Source of the DNA: a bacterium
Lineage (GTDB): Bacteria > Arandabacterota > Arandabacteria > Arandabacterales > JALGWA01
Direction of reading: 5' to 3'
NCBI GenBank assembly: GCA_050125095.1
Contig: JASFEA010000111.1
Location: 1-10,553 of the forward strand
DNA length: 10,553 nucleotides
Shown here: piece by piece, positions 1 to 8,372 of the stretch
Numbering within the stretch: the first letter of the stretch is position 1
How the letters are laid out: each line of letters begins with the position of its first letter
Translations under genes and position numbers: made by a program
Notes under the pieces: generated by a model
The model's database searches: none
What the model saw: only the letters and a program-made list of their open reading frames with translations
What the model was told of the DNA's origin: nothing

Positions 1-90
1 CTGGAGTCAGGGGGCCGGGCATCCGCCGGCATGGAGCGGCGTGGATCACGCTGGAAAGACATCGCGAGGAGAGAAGGCACGGGACAATGA
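1..90 (+). CDS. Partial CDS (3' end), probably the biotin carboxylase subunit of an acyl-CoA (propionyl-CoA) carboxylase
   Basis: Frame 1 is open from base 1 ([29 protein letters not shown]). Its TGA at 88-90 overlaps the next ATG at 87-89 (ATGA coupling). The SxWK...RRE tail and the position directly before a biotin carrier gene fit biotin carboxylase C-termini, but only 29 codons are visible. Confidence 0.6.
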   Translation: MESGGRASAGMERRGSRWKDIARREGTGQ

Positions 91-602
91 TCTACTATGC
101 CAGAATGACTGACGGCGAGCGCAAGGTCGAGATTGAGAAGGACGGGAACAAATACACCGTGACTATAGACGGCAAAACATATATAGCAGACGCAAGGATG
201 GCGGCCGGACCCACGTCGATGTCCATTATTGTCGATAACAGGTGCTATGAGACCGTCGTCACCAATAACGGAAGGAAAACGCTGGTCTCCACCGGCGGCG
301 ATGAGTTCGAAATCGAGCTTGCCGATGAACTCGAGCATCGAGGCGCCGCCTCGGCAGCCCATCACCTCGACCTCGACATCGAGGAAATCAAAGCCCCCAT
401 GCCCGGCGTCGTAGTCTCCATTGAGGTTGAGAAGGGCCAGGAGGTCGACCCCGGTACACCGGTCGTGATCGTCGAAGCCATGAAGATGCAGAACGAAATC
501 GCGACGATAGTGGGCGGCGCGGTCAAGGAGATCAGGGTGAACCAGGGCGACATCGTTGACTCGCAGAAGACCCTCATAGTGATCGAGAGGAAAGCGGCTT
601 AA
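87..602 (+). CDS. Biotin carboxyl carrier protein (biotinyl domain plus N-terminal beta-rich domain) of an acyl-CoA carboxylase
   Basis: [10 protein letters not shown]...VEKGQEV...[10 protein letters not shown], with the EAMKM biotinylation motif at 474-488. ATGA overlap with the upstream gene. Confidence 0.95.
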   Translation: MIYYARMTDGERKVEIEKDGNKYTVTIDGKTYIADARMAAGPTSMSIIVDNRCYETVVTNNGRKTLVSTGGDEFEIELADELEHRGAASAAHHLDLDIEEIKAPMPGVVVSIEVEKGQEVDPGTPVVIVEAMKMQNEIATIVGGAVKEIRVNQGDIVDSQKTLIVIERKAA

Positions 603-616
603 CGGAGAGAGCCGAT

Positions 617-2275
<1,659 letters not shown>

Positions 2276-2281
<6 letters not shown>

Positions 2282-2290
2282 GTACGTAAG
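2276..2290 (+). repeat. Short direct duplication ACGTAAG-t-ACGTAAG spanning the mutase stop codon
   Basis: ACGTAAG at 2276-2282 and 2284-2290 (8-bp period). The first copy contains the TAA stop at 2279-2281. Confidence 0.6.
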
Positions 2291-2330
2291 CAGCGCCTGC
2301 ACAGGGAACACCTAAACAGGGAGCTTGTAT

Positions 2331-2744
2331 ATGATGAAAATGGTCGGCGTTCAACACATAGGAATAGCGGTTAAGGACATTGAAGCCTCAATAGCCAATT
2401 TCGAGAACCTCCTCGGAATCAAATGCGGCGAGCGGGAGAAAATAGCGGCGTCCAGGGTGGAGGTGGCGTTTTTTGATTTCGGCAACACCCATGTGGAGCT
2501 CGTCTCCCCTATCGACCCGGAGAGCCCCATATCCAGGTTCCTGGAGGAACGCGGGAACGGCATCCACCACATCTGTTTCGATGTGGAGGGCATAGACGAA
2601 TGGCTGGATGCGCTCAAGGCAAAGGGCGTCAGGCTCATCGATGAGACGCCCAGGAAAGGCGGGTCCGGCCACCGGGTGGCTTTTGTCAACCCTGGCTCGG
2701 CCAGCGGGATTCTGCTGGAACTGAGCGAGCCCGGAGACGAGTGA
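2331..2744 (+). CDS. mce: Methylmalonyl-CoA epimerase (VOC superfamily)
   Basis: HIGIAVKD...VELVSP...ISRFLEERGNGIHHICFDV...VRLIDETPRKG...VAFVNP...GILLEL. AGGGAG at 2318-2323 lies 7 nt before ATG 2331, which is preferred over TTG 2325. Adjacent to the mutase. Confidence 0.95.
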   Translation: MMKMVGVQHIGIAVKDIEASIANFENLLGIKCGEREKIAASRVEVAFFDFGNTHVELVSPIDPESPISRFLEERGNGIHHICFDVEGIDEWLDALKAKGVRLIDETPRKGGSGHRVAFVNPGSASGILLELSEPGDE

Positions 2745-2788
2745 GCGACACCGGAGATGAGTGAGTGAGCCCGGAGACGAGTGAGTGA
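2722..2788 (+). repeat. 20-bp tandem repeat (3 full copies plus a partial copy) at the mce stop / next-gene start junction
   Basis: TGAGCGAGCCCGGAGACGAG (2722-2741), TGAGCGACACCGGAGATGAG (2742-2761), TGAGTGAGCCCGGAGACGAG (2762-2781), TGAGTGA (2782-2788). Confidence 0.9.
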
Positions 2789-3644
2789 TATGAGACGTTG
2801 TGCATTCCAAGACCTGACCCCTTCGATGACCCCTTCGATTGGGCTCCTGGCCCTCGTAATACTCGCCCTCGCGCTTGCCGGGTGTGGCCGGGACAAGGTG
2901 GTCGAGGAGTCCAAGACGAGATGGATGAACCTGGCCCATGAGCCCGTAGAGGAGGCGGACGCCGGCGCCGAAGTGACCGTGGAAGTCACAGTCAAGGTTT
3001 CCCCCGATATCGCCAATCCGGGCATCTTCCTCTACTACAAGTCGGAGCAGGAGCTTTTTGTAGTGGTGCCCATGCAACGTTTCGAGGAGGGCCGGTATTT
3101 CGGGAAGATCCCGGCGCATGAGCGGGGAAGCCTCATCAAGTACTATCTCGAGGGAAGGGCCGGCGAAGACCTCGTGGTACAGGTGCCGGCCGAGGGCCGG
3201 CCGCGTTTCGAGTTCTACTTCAAGGGCACGCCTAACCGGTATCTCCTCATAGCGCATATAGTGATTATTTCTATCGCTCTCTTCTTCTTTGTCCTGGCCG
3301 GCTACTTCGGATACCGCGGCCTCTCGGACCGCCGGGCAAACCTCCACGCGCCCAGGCTGGGGCTGGTAGGAGCCGTGCTCTTCTTCATATCGGGCATCGC
3401 CATCGGCATGATTGTGTCCTTCCAGACCTACGGCAGACCCTGGACCGGATTTCCCCTGGGGACCGACCTTACCGACACGAAGTCGCTTGCTATTGTGCTC
3501 TACTGGATTGCCGCGACCTTCCTCTACAGGGGAAGCGCACTGAGGAAGGACCCCAGCACGGATATGCTGCCGGGGCGGACAATCCCCTACGTTTACATTG
3601 CCGGCCTCGTGTTGACCGTAGTGCTGTTCCTCCTGCCCCACTAA
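2781..3644 (+). CDS. Hypothetical membrane protein: lipoprotein-type signal, beta-sandwich extracytoplasmic domain, about 4 C-terminal TM helices
   Basis: Hydrophobic stretch IGLLALVILALA followed by lipobox LAG-C (Cys codon 2883-2885). Soluble beta-rich segment HEPVEEADAGAEVTVEVTV...LYYKS...VPM...YFGKIP...IKYYLEG, then four hydrophobic segments with the loop WTGFPLGTDLTDTK. Start is GTG 2781 or ATG 2790. Confidence 0.8.
   Translation: MSDMRRCAFQDLTPSMTPSIGLLALVILALALAGCGRDKVVEESKTRWMNLAHEPVEEADAGAEVTVEVTVKVSPDIANPGIFLYYKSEQELFVVVPMQRFEEGRYFGKIPAHERGSLIKYYLEGRAGEDLVVQVPAEGRPRFEFYFKGTPNRYLLIAHIVIISIALFFFVLAGYFGYRGLSDRRANLHAPRLGLVGAVLFFISGIAIGMIVSFQTYGRPWTGFPLGTDLTDTKSLAIVLYWIAATFLYRGSALRKDPSTDMLPGRTIPYVYIAGLVLTVVLFLLPH
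2815..2839 (+). repeat. In-frame 12-bp tandem duplication in the signal-peptide region
   Basis: TGACCCCTTCGA occurs twice (2815-2826, 2827-2838), giving TPSM-TPSI. Confidence 0.85.
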
Positions 3645-3698
3645 GCCCGGGACGCCCGCGCATTTCCGGGTCGCCGCGGCCGACTCTGCACAACCGGC

Positions 3699-3726
3699 TC
3701 AATTCCGGGCCTCCAGGTGCCGATAA
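3699..3726 (+). promoter_or_regulatory. Putative sigma28 (FliA/SigD-type) promoter
   Basis: Perfect -10 GCCGATAA at 3719-3726, with TCAA at 3699-3702 16 nt upstream (consensus TAAA/TCAA-N15-16-GCCGATAA). It is intergenic and about 60 nt before the HEAT gene start. Confidence 0.6.
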
Positions 3727-3784
3727 TGCGATTGAGAGGACGTATTGTCACCTGTTGTCACTTGAACTCTCAAGCGGGGGATGC

Positions 3785-5491
3785 ATGCAGACTTCACGCG
3801 GTACGACTACCACTCCACTTCACGTGGTAGCGCGCGTGCGCACGCTCATGCGGCAGCTGGTTACGCTGCTCAAGAACACGGCAACCTACGACGCCAATAA
3901 TGAGGCCTTCGGGAAGTCCATTGACATGCTCTACACGGGCCTCAAGGCCTTTCTGGAAGAACATGAGACATTGACTCTCCGCATACGGAAGAAGGAGATC
4001 GCCTTCGGCGACCAGGTCGTGTACGTCCCGATCGGCCGAAGCGACGCCCTCATCTTCCCTCTCTACAGGGACGGCATACGAAGGCTCACCTTCAGCAAGG
4101 ATCTGACCAGGGACGAGCTCACCGCGTTTGCTGCCACCCTGGTTTCGGGCAGGGAGACCGATCCCTACGAGTCGGACCTGGTCACTGCCCTGTGGGAGAG
4201 AGATCTCGCCAACATCACTTACGAGGCCGAGGACGTGTACCTTGAACGCAACGAAGGCGACGGCATAAACAGCCTGACCGAAGAGATCAAGGCGGCACGC
4301 GAACGCGATAACGAGCCCCCGGGAACGCATCCGGCTGACTTCCTGCTTGATGAACTCGGCCTGGCTTCAGGCGCCGGCGCGTCCCTCAGGGAGGAGATAG
4401 GAGCCCTTGGAGAAGAGGATATAGAGAGATTCCGCTCGCAGGTCCTGGCCGAAGACGACTCCGTAATTCTCGAGCGGTCGAGCGCCATATGCCTCGAGAT
4501 CCTGGAGACAACCGACAAGGAAGAGGTGTTCCGCCGGACCGCCCGCTTCCTCGGCGAGGTATGCGACTGGCTGGTGTCCGTACAGGAATTCATGCCTGTC
4601 TGCTCGATAATATCGGATCTCCGCGCCATCGCGCAGCGGACCGATATCCCGGACTCCAACAGGGAGGCAATCGCCGCGGAGGTGCGCAGGAGAGGGACCG
4701 GCGAGAAACTCTCCGAAATCAACGCCTACATGGAGGATCTGAGTGACGCCAAGATGGAGGAGCTGTTCTGCTACCTCGGCCAGATGGACGCGGCGGCTAT
4801 CCGGCCTCTGTGCCAGATGCTTGCCGACGCCGAGACGCGCAGGGTCAGATACATGCTGGCGAGGGCCATCTCCATCGTTGCGAAGGACAGCATAGAGAGC
4901 CTCCTGCCATTCCTCAGGGATAACAGGTGGTATGTTGTGAGGAATATCGCCATGATACTCGGCATGATAGCCACCGCGGAGGCGCTTCCCTACCTTGACG
5001 AAGTCTCAAGGCACCCCGAAGCCCGGGTGAGGCGCGAGGCGGCAAGAGCCCTCGGGAGGATCAGGAAGCCCGAGGGGCTGCATTCGCTCAGGATACTCAT
5101 CGGTGATGACAACAAGATGATCAGGCTGGCGGCGGTGTCCGCCGCGGGGGTTATCGGCGGTCACGCGGCAGAGTCCCTCCTCAAGGACGCCATACTGGGC
5201 AGGGACTTCGAGACGAAGGCCACGGACGAGAAACGCCGCTTCATGGAAGTCTACGGCACCGTCTGCGAGGAACATGTGGATTTCCTCACGGCCGTCATCG
5301 ATGGAGCCCAGGGCGACGCGTCTGAGACCACGAAGGCATGCGCGGCATACGGGCTCGCTACGGCCGGAGGCAGGGCGGCCAAGAAGAAGCTCGACGCCGT
5401 TCTGGCCCGCGGCGAGGGGGCGCTTAGGTACGCGGCTTCGGAGGCCCTGGCGATGATTTGCGGGAGGATAAATGACTCCGAATGCGACTAG
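3785..5491 (+). CDS. HEAT-repeat (PBS lyase-type) protein with an uncharacterised N-terminal domain
   Basis: C-terminal repeats DAETRRVRYMLARAI, LRDNRWYVVRNIAMILG, HPEARVRREAARALGRI, DDNKMIRLAAVSAAG and GALRYAASEALA. GGGGGA at 3776-3781 precedes ATG 3785, which is in frame with the TTG 3755 ORF. Confidence 0.85.
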   Translation: MQTSRGTTTTPLHVVARVRTLMRQLVTLLKNTATYDANNEAFGKSIDMLYTGLKAFLEEHETLTLRIRKKEIAFGDQVVYVPIGRSDALIFPLYRDGIRRLTFSKDLTRDELTAFAATLVSGRETDPYESDLVTALWERDLANITYEAEDVYLERNEGDGINSLTEEIKAARERDNEPPGTHPADFLLDELGLASGAGASLREEIGALGEEDIERFRSQVLAEDDSVILERSSAICLEILETTDKEEVFRRTARFLGEVCDWLVSVQEFMPVCSIISDLRAIAQRTDIPDSNREAIAAEVRRRGTGEKLSEINAYMEDLSDAKMEELFCYLGQMDAAAIRPLCQMLADAETRRVRYMLARAISIVAKDSIESLLPFLRDNRWYVVRNIAMILGMIATAEALPYLDEVSRHPEARVRREAARALGRIRKPEGLHSLRILIGDDNKMIRLAAVSAAGVIGGHAAESLLKDAILGRDFETKATDEKRRFMEVYGTVCEEHVDFLTAVIDGAQGDASETTKACAAYGLATAGGRAAKKKLDAVLARGEGALRYAASEALAMICGRINDSECD

Positions 5492-6707
5492 GACAGAGGA
5501 CTCCAAGCTCCTTATAGGCAAGGACCAGACCAGGGAATACCAGCTTGCCAATGAGCTCATCGGCAGGTTCTATGTGCTCCTGCGTAACACAAGGACGCAT
5601 GACAGGAACAACCGCGCCGTTGTCGCAAACGCCCAGACGGCGCTTGCGAAGATAAACGGGCTTCTCGACATAAGCGGCAGGGTATCTTTCGATATAGTCG
5701 GGGACTCGCTGTTTCTCAACGGCATCAGGCTGAGACCCAACTTCTCCAACTTCCAGGCTTTCAAGTCCGTGGTGAACCAGGCGAAGCAGCATCTTATCAG
5801 GTCATTCTGTTTCGATGACTCCATCGACGAGGACGACCTGGTTGCCTTCGCTTCAATCCTGGCGACCGTGGACCCTGATGAGGACGATCCATATGCCGAG
5901 ATTGTGGAGCGCATGGAGGCGGAGGGCATCGCGGGGATCGAAATAGGACATGTCGAGGAAATAGCACCGTCGACCCTAACGCGCAGGGGCAAGGCCCCTG
6001 ACCCCGTTCACGAAGTAGTGAACGCCTTCGCTTCAGCTCTCTATTTCGTCGGCAGGTCCATCGACGAGGGAATCTCCGACGCCGGAGTCACTCCCCGCAA
6101 GATGAAACGCGTGGTTCAGCTGGTGGTGGACAACGTGCTTGCGAACGAAGAAGACATACTCAGCATAACCTCCCTTAAGGGCCATACCGGCTATACCCAC
6201 CACCACTCGCTCAATGTGTGCATATATTCGGTCATGCTGGCCCACAGACTGGGGCTCCCCAAGAATTTCCTGCGCGAGATCGGCGTGGCCGCGCTGTTTC
6301 ACGACAATGGTAAGGTGGACGTCCCCGCGGAAGTTCTCGATAAGAACCGTGCGCTGACGCGGGAAGAGCTCGAGGCCAAGCAGGACCACACTTCAGGGGG
6401 CGTCAGAGCCCTGTCGCATTTCAAGGAGGCCGACCGGACGGTCGTCCGCGCGATGCTGGTCGCATATCTGCACCATCTCAATGTCGATGGTTCGGGATAC
6501 CCTCCGACCCGCAGGAAGATCAAACCGGACATGGTGAGCAGGATTGTCAGGATCGCCGACATATACGACGTACTGACTTCTCCAAGGTCGCCGGATCTCA
6601 GACCATTCACCGGGGAAGAAGCCCTTACCGCAATACTCTCAAACGCCGGCGCGCGCCTGGACGCGACTCTTGCCAGGGCCTTCGCCCACGTCATGGACCG
6701 GCCCTGA
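5472..6707 (+). CDS. HD-GYP domain protein (putative cyclic-dinucleotide phosphodiesterase or binding protein)
   Basis: HHHSLNV, ALFHDNGK (HD at 6300-6305), HHLNVDGSGYP (6471-6503) and RIVRIADIYDVLT. GGGAGG at 5462-5467. 20-nt overlap with the upstream gene. Confidence 0.9.
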   Translation: MTPNATRTEDSKLLIGKDQTREYQLANELIGRFYVLLRNTRTHDRNNRAVVANAQTALAKINGLLDISGRVSFDIVGDSLFLNGIRLRPNFSNFQAFKSVVNQAKQHLIRSFCFDDSIDEDDLVAFASILATVDPDEDDPYAEIVERMEAEGIAGIEIGHVEEIAPSTLTRRGKAPDPVHEVVNAFASALYFVGRSIDEGISDAGVTPRKMKRVVQLVVDNVLANEEDILSITSLKGHTGYTHHHSLNVCIYSVMLAHRLGLPKNFLREIGVAALFHDNGKVDVPAEVLDKNRALTREELEAKQDHTSGGVRALSHFKEADRTVVRAMLVAYLHHLNVDGSGYPPTRRKIKPDMVSRIVRIADIYDVLTSPRSPDLRPFTGEEALTAILSNAGARLDATLARAFAHVMDRP

Positions 6708-6721
6708 GCCCCCCTTTCCTC

Positions 6722-6750
6722 TTGACGCATAAAGGGCCCGGTGCTAGTAT
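6722..6750 (+). promoter_or_regulatory. Putative sigma70 promoter of the acyl-CoA dehydrogenase gene
   Basis: TTGACG (6722-6727), 17-nt spacer, TAGTAT (6745-6750), with an extended -10 TG at 6742-6743. Confidence 0.65.
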
Positions 6751-6835
6751 GCTACGGTAATTCTTCGAGATTAATCTTGACCTTCGAACTCTCGATCCCT
6801 TGCCTGTGGTGAGGCGTCCTGAAGGGGGGAGCGGA

Positions 6836-7978
6836 ATGCATTTCGACCTCAATGAAGACCAGCGCATGATACGCGAGGCCGCGCGCGAATTCGCGGAGAA
6901 GGAAATCAAGCCGATCGCAGCAAAACTGGACGAAGAGGCTGAGTTCCCGGCGGAAATAGTGAAGAAACTGGGCGAGCTGGGCTTCATGGGGATGATGGTC
7001 CCTGAGGAATACGACGGCGCAGGCCTGGACACCGTCAGTTATTCCATCGCTGTAGAGGAGATCTCCCGGGCGGACGCCAGCACGGGAGTCATCATGTCGG
7101 TCAACAATTCCCTGGTCTGCCAGCCCATACTGGATTTCGGAAACGAGGAAGTCAAGAAGAAGTACCTGCCGCAGCTGGCCTCAGGGGCTGCGCTGGGCGC
7201 ATACTCGCTTACCGAGCCCGAGGCGGGCTCGGACGCCGGCAACGTCCAGGCCACGGCGGTGCTCGACGGCGACTCCTACATAGTCAACGGGACAAAGATA
7301 TTCGTCACAAACGGCGGGGTCGCGGACATTGTCTTGCTCTTTGTCTCCACCGACAAGGAGGCCGGTTCGAGAGGCATGTCCGCCCTCGTAGTCGAGAAGG
7401 GCTACCCGGGATTCTCGGTCGGCAAGAAAGAGGACAAGATGGGGATCCGGGCCTCCATGACAAACGAGCTCGTTTTCGAGGACTGCAGGGTCCCCAGGGC
7501 CAATCTCGTGGGCGAAGAGGGCCAGGGTTTCAAGATAGGTCTGACTGCACTGGACGGCGGCAGAATCGGAATCGCCTCACAGGCCGTGGGCATAGCCCAG
7601 GCCTGCCTTGACGAATCCGTCCGCTACTCAAAGGAAAGGAAGCAGTTCGGTAAGACCATTTCGTCATTCCAGGCCATTCAGTGGATGCTGGCCAACATGG
7701 CGACGAGAATAGAAGCCTCGAGGCTGCTGACATATGAGGCCGCATTCGTTAAGGACAAGGGCGAGCGATACAGCAAGCACGCCGCAATGGCGAAGCTCTT
7801 CGCCTCTGAGACGGCCGTGGACGCAGCCATCGACGCGGTTCAGATCCACGGCGGATACGGCTATATGAAGGAGTACACCGTGGAGCGCCTCTTCCGGGAT
7901 TCTAAGATAACCGAGATCTACGAGGGCACTTCGGAGATTCAGCGCCTCGTGATCGCGGCCCACTTGCTGAAGGGATAA
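6836..7978 (+). CDS. Acyl-CoA dehydrogenase (short-chain/butyryl-CoA dehydrogenase-like)
   Basis: GAYSLTEPEAGSDA, NGTKIFVTNG, KMGIRAS, LDGGRIGIASQAVG, RKQFGK, QIHGGYGYMKEY and ITEIYEGTSEIQR (catalytic Glu in the SCAD/MCAD position, 7922-7924). ATG 6836 follows GGGGGGAG. Confidence 0.96.
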   Translation: MHFDLNEDQRMIREAAREFAEKEIKPIAAKLDEEAEFPAEIVKKLGELGFMGMMVPEEYDGAGLDTVSYSIAVEEISRADASTGVIMSVNNSLVCQPILDFGNEEVKKKYLPQLASGAALGAYSLTEPEAGSDAGNVQATAVLDGDSYIVNGTKIFVTNGGVADIVLLFVSTDKEAGSRGMSALVVEKGYPGFSVGKKEDKMGIRASMTNELVFEDCRVPRANLVGEEGQGFKIGLTALDGGRIGIASQAVGIAQACLDESVRYSKERKQFGKTISSFQAIQWMLANMATRIEASRLLTYEAAFVKDKGERYSKHAAMAKLFASETAVDAAIDAVQIHGGYGYMKEYTVERLFRDSKITEIYEGTSEIQRLVIAAHLLKG

Positions 7979-8005
7979 TTCGCCCCAAAACCTGACCCGC
8001 CGGCG

Positions 8006-8044
8006 GCACCCCCGCAACACAGCGGGGGGCTTTCCCTTTGTTTT
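8006..8044 (+). terminator. Rho-independent terminator after the acyl-CoA dehydrogenase gene
   Basis: Stem CCCCCGC (8009-8015) / GCGGGGG (8022-8028), loop AACACA, followed by TTTCCCTTTGTTTT. Confidence 0.7.
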
Positions 8045-8169
8045 AGCACTATCCACGCTGTATCCGAATAACCTTTGTCCGTACTAATCTATCGCATAGC
8101 AAAGATGTTTGCCTGTAAGCCCAGAATGACTACTGTCAAAATTGAATTGAGATATTTCTCAACTTTTTT

Positions 8170-8198
8170 TTGACATAGATTAATCCCTCTGCTATACT
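8170..8198 (+). promoter_or_regulatory. Near-consensus sigma70 promoter of the secreted cohesin/dockerin protein
   Basis: TTGACA (8170-8175), 17-nt spacer, TATACT (8193-8198), extended -10 TG at 8190-8191, and an AT-rich upstream tract. Confidence 0.85.
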
Positions 8199-8204
8199 TG
8201 GCGC

Positions 8205-8372
8205 GACGGTCACGAAAAAGGGCGCTTGCCTTCAAGAGCATAGCCCTCTGCGTGGCAGTCATTTGTAACTCCTCAATTGCGTGGGGCAAAGAAAGGAGGC
8301 GAGTCACTCATCAATTTCCCCCTGGGGAGTACACACCGTTAGGAAGCACCAATGGACAGGAGGTTGGAAACG
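8205..8372 (+). promoter_or_regulatory. Long structured 5' leader
   Basis: About 170 nt between the predicted TSS and ATG 8373, with hand-identified hairpins at 8205-8260, 8269-8298 and 8336-8355 and two SD-like sequences. Confidence 0.5.

Noticed and set aside
2722-2788. Possible CRISPR array
   Set aside because: Units are contiguous with no unique spacers, they copy the mce 3' end, and no cas genes are present.
2388-3641. 417-aa minus-strand ORF spanning mce and the membrane protein
   Set aside because: Antisense shadow of two GC-rich genes that happen to be in the same frame. It has no recognisable motifs.
3646-3671. GC hairpin after the membrane protein gene as a terminator
   Set aside because: Imperfect stem with a long loop and no U-tract, too weak to call.
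8321-8332. CCTGGGGAGTAC, identical to a conserved 16S rRNA stretch
   Set aside because: Only 12 nt and the flanks do not continue the rRNA sequence, so it is probably chance.
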